64,000 nt of DNA, taken from positions 5,704,001-5,768,000 of the forward strand of contig OZ361256.1 in assembly GCA_977018835.1 (NCBI GenBank). Reading direction: 5' to 3'. This document shows, in pieces, positions 23,483 through 35,918 of this stretch (within the stretch, counting starts at the first letter, position 1; each line of letters opens with the position of its first letter). The DNA is from Minutocellus sp. GHC0000111. Taxonomy: Eukaryota. Position numbers and translations under genes: made by a program. Under the pieces are notes generated by a model. It did no database searches. It was not told the DNA's origin and worked only from the letters and a program-made list of their open reading frames with translations.

Positions 23483-26400
23483 TTACTCAAAAGAATGAAC
23501 AGTAGGTTCCCCAAAACGAACTCGAGCTTGAGATCTGCCATCGCTACCACTTCCGATACCATCTACGCTCCAAGCAGGCATCTTTCGCTCATCATCTTCC
23601 TTTTGCTTCTTGTCGCCTCGCCTTGGTTTGAGTTTGGACGTCTCGCCCGCCCCTTCAAGACCTCTAGCGAGGCGTACATTCTTAAGGAGGTAGTGGATTT
23701 TTGCATGGCTCGTTTTTGGCTGAGGAGCGTTTTGGTTCGAATCGGTTGTATCATTACCCTTCTTCTTAGTAGTAGCGCCACGCGCACCTGCCTTGAAGTC
23801 ATTTGCATCAGGAAGCTTGCCTCCCTCGTTGATGCTTTCCATCAGCTCCTCGATGCTGTTCTCCGCAATGAGTTGCTCGACCTCTACTCGGCCAGTCGCA
23901 CCCATGCGGTAAGCTCTTGCAACAACTGCACGAATTCGTGATGAAACGGATAAATGAATGATTGAATCTACTCGAGCGATGAGAGAAGAGATGCGAAACA
24001 CAACACATGGTGAAGTCTTCATAATTCCGTCGACTTACCTTGCTCTTGGAGGGATCTATCGTACATCTCATCCAAAAGAATAATATTTGTAACAAAGGAG
24101 AGATCAAGACCGTGGCTCCCCTCCTTGCCAAGAAGCATGAAAAAACAAGATGGCGACGAGATAAATTTCTCGAGCTCTTTACCTCTTGTAGATCCCCAAT
24201 ACTCTGCAACAGCGGAACCACCGAAACGTCTGATGAGTCGATCTCCGGCATAATCCAAGCTCAATCGGAACTGAGAGAAAATAATTACCTTGAGTGGTCG
24301 CTGAAAAACTCGGATGCCAGAAATTTCCTTCTCGCGGAGTCTGAGAAGCTTGTTCGTAACAAACAGGGCCTTTGATGCCTCTGGGGGGCAGTCTTCGGAT
24401 TTCTTAAAACAAAGGGAGCATTGGTCCCGATCCAGTAGAAAATTGCAATCAAAATGTTCCTCTCGGCAAGAAACGCATTTGCCATCGCAAACGGTCCGCG
24501 AGAATGTGCACACGTGATTCTTTGCACGTCGATTTCGCGAAGCTCGACTAGGGCTTCCTTCTCCATTGGCAGCGCCATTATTGCCGATTAGATCAATCGG
24601 GCCGGCATTATTGCCGCCAGCAAGAGCTGCAGCTGGTTCAGCGCCCGTACCGGTACCACCATTCGCCCCCAATCCATTCAAACCACCTTGGGCAATCGAG
24701 TGCACTTCGGTTAGCTCACGTCGCAACGCTTCATCACGCTCGCGCTTTTCTTTCTCCTCTTTGATGGCTAGACTCCATTCATATATCAAACCTGGCTGAA
24801 GCCGCTGAAAGTCGTCAATGTCGAACGGCTTTTCACAATTCGGGCACGTGGTTGTTTTATTATCAATGCATTCGGTGCAAATAAGGCAACCACACGGAAC
24901 AACAAACAGAGTTTGTAGCTGCAGACCACAGCACATGCAGCTCGACAATTCCCCGGTTGTAGCTCGCTTGAGATAATTGTCGACGATGGCAACCTTTATA
25001 TCATCTAAACCGTGCAGTACCCGGAGATATTGAATAGTCTCTACCCACAATTGATCCTCTAATCGAGGGAGAACATGAGCCCCCCCACAGCACGCAAGCC
25101 GAATATTATCCAGTGCTTTCCGGGCATGCTTTGTTTGACGAGGATTAAGTAGAGAATCCTGCCAACCACTCGTCTTGCCCTCCATAGAGGTGGTTACAAT
25201 GTTCATCTGAGCTGCGCTAACAAGGGTATTGTAAGATCTTAGCTCCTCAACGCTCATACAGGTGCGAGATTTGATGTATTTTGGTTCCGGTACTTCTTGT
25301 ATGTCCGCCTTTGTATGACGAACCATCAACAAAGATAAAAGCATCCGAAGACGAAAGAAAGAGGACAAATTGCCTTCGTTCCATGTGCGTGCAATCAATT
25401 CATTCCATACATGGTCGCCGCCTAGCCTGGCAGAGAAGAAGTCATGCTTCAGGAACTTGACTAGGCCCAAGAGATTGCGCAATCCACTTTGATTCGCCGT
25501 CTGTTGTGTCGGCGTTCCTGTCATTGCCCATCGTCTCTGTGCTGTTATCCAGCTGGCAAACTGAATGGTATTGGTATTACTACCTCTTCCCATGACGTGC
25601 CCTTGTGCAAGTTAAATTGTGAAAGTATGATTGATTGGAACGGAAAACAAATAAGTGTGAGCCATAGATGCACTCTATAGGGAGATTGCTGAGGGCATCA
25701 TCAAATTAGATGTGTAGGACTTTCTACAGCATAAAATTAGGCATGTAACCAGGAACGCCTTACCTTCATCCACAACCAGACGGAGCCAGTGGACTTTCAG
25801 TAGTGGACTCGGTGGGGGAGTGTCAGCGACGATGTCATCGTAGAAAGCTCGGTAATTCGTCTGACGACCAGACCCTCTGCTGGAGATTTTTATCTCCTCT
25901 TCGACGCTCCCGAATTTCCATTCGCTTTGAATACGTTGGTTCGTGGTAAGCACGATATAAAACATTGCAAGAAAGGAGGGGGGCGGCAAAGGCGTGCTGG
26001 TACCTTCATCAATAAAAAGGACTGGAGAATGCGTTTTCTCTTGTTGGCATAGCCTAATAACCTCGTCTACCGAATGGGAGGCTTTGCCCTTTTTGGATAA
26101 TCGGTAGATCAGAGGTAATCTCTTCGTCAAATAGCCAAAGTCAACATGCATCGAGATTTGATTTTCCCAGTGCTTTAGAAGGGTGTTGGGGACAATTAGG
26201 AGATTGCCGGAGGAAGGATAGAGCGAATCAATCAATTCGGCGTTTGCTCTTTCGGCAAGAATGGCGGCAACGGAGCTATCGGGCTTGGAAGTTATACTTC
26301 CATAGGCCTTCTTTGCACTCTTTGTTTGGCTTTCCTTGAAGGTCCGTATCAATTCCTTGAATTTGTCAGACAGTCTCTTGGCCGCTTTGTAGACATGATG

Positions 26401-28791
26401 ATCCGGAGGATTGTAGAGCATTGCATTGCGAAAGACAAGCTGAACATCTGTGCACATACCCTCGAAATCATGGCCGTAGTTGTGAGTATTTATTTTTTCG
26501 AGGATATCCGCCATACAAATGGGCGTTGCCACAACATCATAGTAATCCTCGGCACCGTCAGCTTTTGGATCGATAGGCATCTCAAAATAGATAGATTCTT
26601 TATCGCACCTGCGTAGCTCGTTGACCAAACGCAGGAGTTGTGGCGTTCGCCCAAAGTCAGTTACGCCCTCACGCCAATATGAACGAAAAATTTCATCGTC
26701 CTCGTTCTCTTTGGAGAAGGCATTGGAATCATTCGTCAACTCCTCTTTCTTTGTACTCAGACCGAATGTCTGAAGGATTATTGACATGACAGTAATGGTC
26801 TTTCCTAACCCCGGGTCGTCACACAGCATACCACCTCTGGCAAACTTACGCAGACGGCCGATGTGGGACATGGAGCTGGAATCCAGCAGCTCTCCAGACT
26901 TTCCATCGATTCGAATGGTCTTTGATGACACGCCATTCTCAGTGCCACTGCCATCACAATGAGTAAGGAGAATCGACGCCCCGCCCGATGCAGCCCTATG
27001 GAAGTCTCCGCCAACAAGTGCATCTTCCGCGCCCAAACCAGTCGCATGGTCGTGCAGGGTGTCCGCCTCTGTCAGACCTTTGATTTCCCGCTTCCTCATC
27101 CAATCCAAGGAATTGATCTGGTGATTGAATAATCTCAACTTCAATCCAGGTACCACTACACGAAGCATTGTGTGTAGGCGTAGCGAGGCACATCGGAAAT
27201 TGTACAGAGACTCGGCTCGCAGAAATTTGGATACGCGGACAATAATTTCATCTGGCAGACCAGCATGGCTTGAGAAGGGGCGGCGGATATCATCATTTAT
27301 CACGGGACCACAAGCTTGCTTAAGAACGGCATTTTTCTGTGACGAGTCATCGGCGTCGATGGTATGAGTGCTAGCCCCTGTTATTCTTTGATACAATTCG
27401 TCCAGCGTGATGGCCTTTGGGAAGATGTTTGCTTTCCGCCTCTGCCCTCCCCCACTTTCATCTTCGTCTTCGCAGTCGCCAATGATGCGTTTAGCTCCAA
27501 GCAATTTTGTTTCCATGTGCACATTCATTCGAGCCCAATCACATCTCATCATTGAAAGGAGCAACTGCATTGGCGACGGAAGCTCGCCTCTGCCCCGACA
27601 TTTCCTTCGTGACCTTGAAGATGACGACTTCGACGAAGAGGAACGTCGAGCTCGCTTCTTGGCGGGTTGTTTGGCGTATGATTTGCCGCTAGGAGCAAAC
27701 GATCGAATGGCGTCCATATTGACAGCAAGGATCACCACAATACTCGCTCGATATCGGCATTGGGCCGCCGTAGCGGTTACATCTGACGATGCATTCGCAT
27801 CGCCAGAACTCTTGGTATTTTCTTGACCATGCAGAGCAATCCTGCACCGTGTAATATCCACCAGACCCATGTCTTGGCACCCAAGAACCATGCCTAACAT
27901 CAGAGCTGCATCCGATCTATTTCCATCGTTGGCGTAATCTGCATTCTTGATCGATGCCGATGCCGATGCCGACGATGATGGGGGAGTAGATTTCGCATCC
28001 ATGAGCGTACCGTCAAACCGAGCAACTGAATTTGAATCCATCGTCAGCCCCCCACCGCCACTAGATGAGCTTTGCGTTTGCAGCACCAAGTCGGATCGAT
28101 GGCAGTTGCGTGGGTGTGACGCATCGTCTATAACATCCTCCATCTCCATTCTCTCCTCCATTTCCTTTGTATCTTTCTGATTTGTTACCTCGATGTCAAT
28201 CCACCGTCTAGTCACAATCGCATCGCCATCACCATTTGTACTGCTTTCATCGATGAGAACAGAACATTCGTCCAACATGACATATCCGTATGCTTTGTCT
28301 TCGGAAGAAGTTTCACATGCATCATTTGCACCGGTGTCATCACTATCGTTGATGCTGAAAGCGACATTGCCATCTTCGTCTTCTCCTTCCTTGTCGTCCT
28401 CACCATCGCCAGATTTACCATCGAAACTCCTGCGGCTACGCTTCCTTCCACGATTTTGCCTCTCTTCGTTTTGATCAGCGACATCACCCACAGATCCACC
28501 CCCACCATTCGGACGACTGCCAATAGTGTCGGTATCTGCAGCGGTACCGGTCGGTCCATTAACTTGCGTATGATCCTCTCGCCCACCTCCTCCGCCGGAA
28601 GCTTCGGCTGTGCCATCGACCAATCCGACTGTGCCGGTCGGTGGGGTCAAGATGCGTCGCATGAAATCCGAGGGTGCTCCGGTCGGTGAGCTTTGGGGAC
28701 GTCGGAGAGTGCCGGCGGCGGCACCGGAAGCGCCGGTTGTGCCACCAGCGCCGACTCCGCGAGGGTGGACGTTGCCTCCTCCCTTGCCCAT
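23483..28791 (-). CDS. SNF2-family (RAD5/SHPRH-like) ATPase with F-box, bromodomain and RING finger (3 exons)
   Basis: Exons 28791-25764, 25601-24039 and 23925-23483 with frame-keeping GT-AG introns. F-box LPDEIIVRVSKFL, motif I CDDPGLGKT, bromodomain (FEMPIDP...DYYDVV..PI...NAMLYN), DE|GH, RING CMCC...PCGCLICTEC...CPNC, Q|VVARAYRMGA. Confidence 0.8.
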
Positions 28792-28941
28792 GGTTCCGCG
28801 GTTTGACTTGTTCTTTGGCTTCTTTGGATGGAGTTGTGGCGTTTGGCGACGGCCGCGTACTAGTACGTACACAATGGCGTCATTTTATCGTATCAGAAAG
28901 ATCCTCACATCCACTCATTTTTCCAAAATCCGAGCGCCAAC

Positions 28942-31838
28942 ATGACGACCCCCCAGCAAGCAGCTGCAGCGCAGGCAATCCCACCGGGATCGTGCGAGCT
29001 GCTGGAACTGCCCAAGGCCGACGACGTCTTTGTTCCCCTAGCAGCTTTTGGAATGCGCCGGAGAAGACGAGCACGCCCCCAGACAACAGAAGGGGGCGCA
29101 CCATCCAGCGACCAAACCGGGGATAATGCCGAGACGCCACTCCACAACAAGAAGCGGCACGTGGACGTCCGGCCGGGCGATTTGCTGGCCATTGTTTTGC
29201 CGCTTGATGGCAACGGAAAACAGGGAGGTGTATCGGCTGGGCGTGTGGTGGGCGGTGACAGTGTGGGTCAGCACATAATGTACCTCTGCTCAGCGACGGC
29301 ATCCTTTTCCGCCGCAAAACAACGAGGTGATGAGGATCAGGACGACGACAATCATGTCCATCCACCTACGAAGCGCACGTTGAAATTCGACCCATCTACG
29401 TCGATGATCATATCCGCCAATTCATCTTTAGCGCGCGACCTGAACTCGGGTGGCTGGAGACGAGTTTGCGGCGACGTTCGAGAGACCAATTCACAGGTGG
29501 AATCGTCGGACCGGAGGCAGACCATGTGCAAATATGTGGATGTTCCAGTCGCCGATGGTGACAGCGATGGTGCACTTGACTGCAGTGATTCATCTTTGGT
29601 GGGTGTGTACTGTGCTTCCAGATCAATCGCTTTACCACTGCTTACTCTTACTATGCGAATCCAACGCAATGCAGATGACGAGGAGGTGGATGACGACGAT
29701 ACCAAAGCATTGCAAACCTTGCCTCCACTCACATCGGCCTTGGCCAAGAGACTCATGGCAGGTAGAATTGTGTCTTCGAATTCGATTACCACGCTACGAT
29801 TGCCACCTTTGGGATCAGGAAAGGGCTCCAAAGATGACCAGCAGATAATGCTGAAAGTTGAGGCAGTCATGCCTGACAAGGGTGGAGGAGGTGGACGCCA
29901 CGCCTCGAGTGGACCATTCATTATCTTTCCAAGCACAAGGATTACAATACTGTCTCCTGAGAAAGTGTCGGAAACTACACGGGCCATTTCTGATGGTGTA
30001 ACTACTGTGGCGTCTACGGAGAGACCGTATCAATCAGCGGCGACCAAGACATTGATCGAGGTAATCAAATCGGTTCGTATATTTGCCAATGCGGCCGTTG
30101 CCTCTGGCGGTATTTCCGGAGTCACATCGGGATTTCTGGCCAGATCGATACTATTCACCGGACCACCTGGCGTAGGTAAGACGTATGCAGCAAAGATGGC
30201 TTGCACAAATCCACAGACCGGAGACGACAAGCTGGACAGGGTCTGGACCAAAACGACCAAGCTGGTTTCTCTTCGAGGTTCCGATTTGCTCTCTCATAGC
30301 GATTCCGTTGCCGGGGCGTCCAGAGAGCTTGCTAGGATATTCAATGCAGCGGCCGAGTACGCCGGGAGGAATGCTGAAAACGTTGCCGTTATATTTTTGG
30401 ATGAATGCGATGCCCTTTTTTCTTCAGATTCGTGCGCGACCATGCTTGCTACTCTGCTGGATACGATGGATGGCTCTCCAATAGCGACCACTACGTTAGA
30501 TGGTCCCCAAATCTCTTCTTTTGGATGGCTAAAGACAATTGTGGTCGCTGCAACCAATCGAATCGATGCCGTCCCAGCCTACCTTCGCAGGCCGGGTCGC
30601 TTTGACAAGGAAATTGGTGTTTCACCGCCCGATTCAGAAGAACGAACGTACATTCTCAAGTCACTGCTGGACTCTTGCCGCGGGGGCATTGATGTTGAAG
30701 TCAAGGACAAGGAATTGACTGAAATTGCTGATTTATGTGTTGGCTACGTTGCCGCAGACTTATCGTCATTGGTTCGAAAAGCGACGACTTTAGCACTCGA
30801 AGAATGCGCAGCCAGAGACATGCAAGGAGGGACGGGGCAAAGAGTTTTATTGGCCGACCATTTGCATCGTTCCATGGCCGACGTCGGCGCCTCTACTCTT
30901 CGGGATGCCGCAGTGTCAAAACCACCCACAACGAATTGGGACGATATCGCCGGAGATGCTGGCGGTGCCAAGACGGCCCTCCGTCAAGCGGTTGAATGGC
31001 CTCGGACCAGACGAGAGGACTTTGCTCGCTTGGGCCTTTCGGCTCCGAGAGGCATATTGCTGCACGGACCTCCGGGCTGCGCTAAGACGACTCTTGCCAG
31101 GGCCGCCGCTGGATCAGCTGGTGTTGCCTTCTTGTCCTTGGCTCCGGCCGATGTCTATGCGTCCTCGTACGTAGGCGAAGCTGAAGCCATTGTCCGGCGA
31201 GCCTTTGCCTTGGCTAAATCCTCAGCTCCATGTATCCTGTTCTTTGACGAGGTTGATTCCATCCTTGGATCAGACTCTGGCGACAACGCCAGCCACGGCA
31301 TGGGACGAGGAGGTAGAGGTTCATCAGCCGAGGCCAGGGTACTCTCTACTATGTTGAATGAGATGGACGGCGTCGATGGTTCGATTCAAGACGGAGTGCT
31401 GGTGCTTGGTGCAACCAACCGTCCGGACTGCATTGATGCAGCCCTGTTGCGTCCTGGTAGATTCGATAAGGTGATTTATGTACCTCCTCCTGATGTACCA
31501 GCACGTCGAGCCATCTTGAAGCGACAGTGTGAGAAATGGGGCATGGAGATTAGTGATGAAGTGTCGCATCGAACGAAATCGATATCCATTATCTTGCCTC
31601 AGATTCTGTATCGGGAAAAATGACGGGCGCCGAGATTGTTGGTGCCTATAGGGAAGCTGCAATGATTGCCATCAGAGAATTTTTAGAGAGATCTTCTGGT
31701 GGGGAAGGGGCTAACGAGACAACGCCAAAAGTTACACAGGATCATCTCGAAAGTTCGCTCAGGAATGTCAAACCCTTGCTATCCAACGAATCTCTGGAGC
31801 TGGAGTACAGTAGATTTCAAGATGAGGCGAGGTGGTAG
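28942..31838 (+). pseudogene. Double-AAA ATPase of the CDC48/AFG2 (SPATA5-like) group, with a frameshift near the C-terminus
   Basis: Two Walker A motifs (GPPGVGKT; GPPGCAKT), Walker B (FLDECD; FFDEVD) and SRH (LRRPGRFD; LLRPGRFD). After ~31565 the lid sequence EIDIHYLASDSVSGKMTGAEIVGA continues in another frame to TAG 31838, and I see no intron that explains it. Confidence 0.7.
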
Positions 31839-31915
31839 TAGAACTATAGTAACATGCAAGCGGCCTTAACTTTAGAGCTATCTACTACGCAGTTGATGAG
31901 CTAGTAGGTGTCTAC

Positions 31916-34140
31916 TCAAGTTTGGAAGATCATCATGCCTCGGCCGAGATTTTGTTGTTTTCTCTGGCTCTTCGTGCCATTTTTTCCAAAGTTCCACGTT
32001 GCACCTTTTGGACCGTAGAAGGTCAGACGACAGTTCGTCAAATCGAAATAAATAATTGCTGCCCCCCGCTCGCCAACACGCGTGTTGTGTGTATTTCGTC
32101 CCTCCAGATACCTTTCGAGTTCAGAGGATTTGAAAGTGACGTGATGATGACGTATTAGAAACACGACCACACCAGACCAAAAATCCAAGCTCACTTTTTC
32201 TAACTCCGAGGAATAAATGACGGCCAAGATGGAAGTCGGGGCAAGAACCAAGTTATGGTCACCAACTTCTACATATAGTCGAGAGATATTGTGCACCAGA
32301 ACCAATAAATGTACATTATGTGATGATTTTTTTCGACATTTGCATTCCTCACCCCGGGAAAAAACACACATTTTTGGAAGCACCACAAATCAAAATGTAA
32401 TGAATAGAAATGGACATGCTATGATAAGTTATAGCAAATCAATGACTCCATCGTCTTCATCATTTTCATCTATGTCGTCCTCAATGTCATCATCTTCGCC
32501 GGGAGCATCAATTGGCCAGAGTGGTTCACCATCCTCTTCAGCTGCTTCCTCGGCAATTTTTGCGAGACCAGCCTTTCCCCGTCTGGTCTCCACAAGATTG
32601 TTACCGCCACGACTTCTCTTGATGTTGTTATATATCACTGGAAGTTTTCCAAATACATCGAGAAAGGCCTCTTTTGATGCGACATTGGCCCATGCTTTCA
32701 TCACAGTCTTGTCAAGAGCATTCGCATCATTCTTCTGACCGCGATGCTCCTTTTCGACGGCCGACTGCAAAGACATCCAGATGCCGAGATCAAGAACATT
32801 TGTCTCGGGCGACCGAGGAACCTGCTGGATTATCTCAATCTTATATTTGTTTTTGAGGTCCTCAATGCACTTCTCAACTGCTTCATTGGACCCATGACCG
32901 CCGGCATTGTCCATCACAAGATGCATGCAACATCAGACTCCTGAATGTTTTGTGGATCCCACTTCACCCAATGATGTGCGTCTCGAATCGCCTTCCCGAC
33001 CTCATTCATAGTCTCCAACATCCATTTGGAGTCGCAGCTACAGTCCTTGGTAACCTTATCGCCCCGTTGACACCGCACCCCGAGAGCTCAAGGTCGTCGA
33101 TCTCAACCTTCACCTTCTCTCCATTGCCATCAGGAGTGTGTCGCTTGAGACTCGAGATCTTTTGATTGTAGCCAACAGCGGCATGCTTGCGACTTTTTGC
33201 CTGACCGTCGGGATTTATAGTCCTCGTGTTGAAGTTCCAATCGCTCTGTAACAAACTCAGAAAGGCCGCAGATTTCGGCAATGTGGTCGCAAAGATGGCC
33301 GGCGGTCATGTCAGCACTCTCGTCGTAAATGTCGCGCCAATCTTTGTCATTTTTTAGCGCATCGTTGACCTTAGCATCTGGAGAGAAATTCTGATTACGC
33401 GTAAGCTTTTCCACCTTCTGCTCCCTGGCGACTCTCTTGATCATGATGCGCCCATTGAAATCAACGTCTTCGGTTTCATCATCCTTCATTGGTCGGCCAA
33501 CAACTCCAAGACACGTAACTTTGACAGGGTGTCTTCTGGATCGAATTTTCGGGCTTGCCTCGGAAGCATGGATAGACGCGAGGTTCGGACTGCTTAGCTC
33601 TTCGTCAGAAAGTGGCAACATCTTGATCTTTCGTCACCACTTTTCATCAAGATGCGCTACAGGAATGTTGGGATCGGTCGCAATGTCCTCCCACTTTTCG
33701 ATCCAATCAAGTCGCTTCCTACAATGTTCGGGGGTGAGCCTCGGCTTCTCGATCGACGACTTCTCCTTACCGCCTTGCTTTTTCCACCAGCGAAAAAGCT
33801 GAAGACGATGGAGACTAATTGTCAGCCTGTCTTCATCTGGAGTAGCTGATTTTGCGCTCATGCAGTCAGCTAGCTCCTTAAAGGTTGCCATCGCACCCTT
33901 CATCCGAGTAGCATGCCGACACAGCTCGCGGAGACATCCTGGCTCCTTCTCCTCGATCATGTCCGTGCATGCCTTCCTTCCACGAACCTCCTTTCTGCCG
34001 ATGGGATTGCTGATGCCATCAGTAAGGCTTTTGTAGAGCTGGTCTCTCCACTTGTAAAGCTGAGAACCACCGGTTGACTTGGCACAACCGTGATCGTACG
34101 CAACTTGCCGACACGCGGCAGTTGCAATTTGTTGCCGGTC
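31916..34140 (-). mobile_element. Decayed IS630/Tc1/mariner DNA transposon, DD39D-type transposase (coding remnants 32429-~34140), 5'-truncated
   Basis: Fragments in several frames carry HLDEKW (first Asp), KVTCLGVVGRP and MDNAGGHG...QVPRSPETNVLDLG, with 39 residues between the second and third Asp. Stops and frameshifts are present. The boundary at 31916 (after a TA) is a guess. Confidence 0.8.
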
Positions 34141-35802
34141 TTCATGGTGACCCTGTTTTACTCGAAACTGCCGCCTTCTTCTCCTCCAAGATGGTAACCG
34201 ACCTGGCATTGGACTCCAACAAGGACCCCCGCCTGCGCGTCAACTTCAACATTACCATGATGGACCTCAAGTGCGACTATGCCGTCATTGACGTCGTCAG
34301 TGTCCTCGGTGTTGATCAAAACGTTACCCAGCACGTGACAAAATTTCAGATCGACGCCGAAGGTGTCCGCCAGCGATTCCACGGGCGCAATAAGAAGCAG
34401 GACAATATCATTATGCATGACGAGCTTGTCACCGATACTCTCGAGGAGTGAGTTCTTGATTTAATGCCGTTGGGGGTTTCGCCTTGTTTTATCATATATT
34501 CCATCATCATGCCGACAACTCACACTCATTAATTATTTTTATCCCCGTCATTGTTCCCCGCCGATGCCCCGCCCCGCGCACAGACTCCATGAGAACGGAG
34601 AAGATGCGATTAGTCTCGACGAGGATACGCTGAGGTTTGCCGGCAACGAGAATGAATTCCTTTTCGTCGATTTCTATGCTAGTTGGTGCAGCCACTGTCG
34701 CGATCTTGCCCCGACATGGGAAACTTTGGCCGAGGTGATGACCGATTCGGCAATTTACAAGGTCGACGACCACATGGAAGAGCACGGACATGAGTACAAC
34801 GACGAAGAGTATGAGGCCGCGGTCAAGCTTGCTCTGCCGGTCCTTGTTGCGAAGATTGACTGTGTCAGCCATCCGGCCTTGTGTCAGTTGCACAACATCC
34901 GGGCCTACCCGACCCTCCGACTGTTCCATCATGGCAATCACAAGGCAGACTATCGCGGCCACCGAACGGTCTTGGAGATGACCAACTGGCTTGCGGGCGT
35001 CGAGGAGGGCGTCAGGAAGGAGCAGGGCGTGGAAGAGCACAAGATTGGCGATGCGCACGAGGTAGCCAGGGAGCGGCTGGATGTTGAGGAAACTCGGGAC
35101 GAGATGAACCAACCCCCCAAGCGACCCGATACGCGCGATCCCAAGTCGGCCGAGGAGCAGGAGTGGATCGAGAAGATGAACCGATACCGTTCGCGGCACC
35201 GACCAGAGTGGCGCGACGAGGAACATCCCGGTTGTCAGATCTCGGGCTTCCTCATGGTCGATCGGGCTCCTGGCAACTTCCACATCAAGGCTCAGTCGCT
35301 TGGACACGATATTGCACCGCACATGGCCAACGTTAGCCACGAGGTCCATCATCTGAGCTTTGGAGATCCATCGGTCCACAACTCGATCAAGCGGGGTGAT
35401 ACTGTGACACCGGATGGTTTCCTCGAAACCACCAAGCCCATGGACGGCAACGTCTACGTGACGAGAAATGTTCACGAAGCGCATCATCATTACTTGAAGG
35501 TTGTGACGACGGATTTCGATAACCCGTCGATCAACCAGCGGTATTCTCAACGCAATCCCAACTACAGCCGGAGAGCGTATCAGATCCTCCAGTCCAGTCA
35601 GATCTCTTACTACCGAAACGATCAAGTGCCGGAGGCCAAGTTCACCTATGATTTGTCTCCCATTGCCGTTTCCTATCGAATGTCCTCCCGCCGCTGGTAT
35701 GATTATCTTACAAGTCTAATGGCCATCATTGGCGGTATGTTCACCGTCGTTGGTATGCTGGAATCTGGGGTCTACGCCGTTACCAGCAAGAAGAGGAGGT
35801 AG
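34141..35802 (+). pseudogene. ERGIC/Erv46-like protein with a thioredoxin domain (PDI-C type); N-terminus missing
   Basis: LRVNFNITMMDLKC, intron 34448-34583 (GT-AG, in frame), FYASWCSHC, GCQISGFLMVDRAPGNFH, NVSHEVHHLSFG, HHYLKVV, FTYDLSPI, TM AIIGGMFTV, C-terminal KKRR. The expected N-terminal segment is replaced by transposase sequence, with an apparent 1-nt loss in TTTT at 34156-34159. Confidence 0.8.
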
Positions 35803-35918
35803 ACTGTAGGGATAGACAGATACAGCAGCACTATGCTAAGAACTATGTAGTTCTGTGCTTAGGTCTAGCTAGCATTTATTTTATCTTTTCCGCGTCCATT
35901 CGTTCAAACAATTTTCAT

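Noticed and set aside
3709..28791. A functional cluster of chromatin and DNA-repair genes (CHD, MSH4, SNF2, UBR-box)
   Set aside because: They are interleaved with unrelated metabolic and plastid genes, with no shared regulatory signal visible; chance adjacency is sufficient.
31555..31625. Small intron or programmed frameshift in the AFG2-like gene
   Set aside because: The intervening sequence encodes the conserved AAA lid in the shifted frame, so it is not intronic, and I see no slippery heptamer at the switch.
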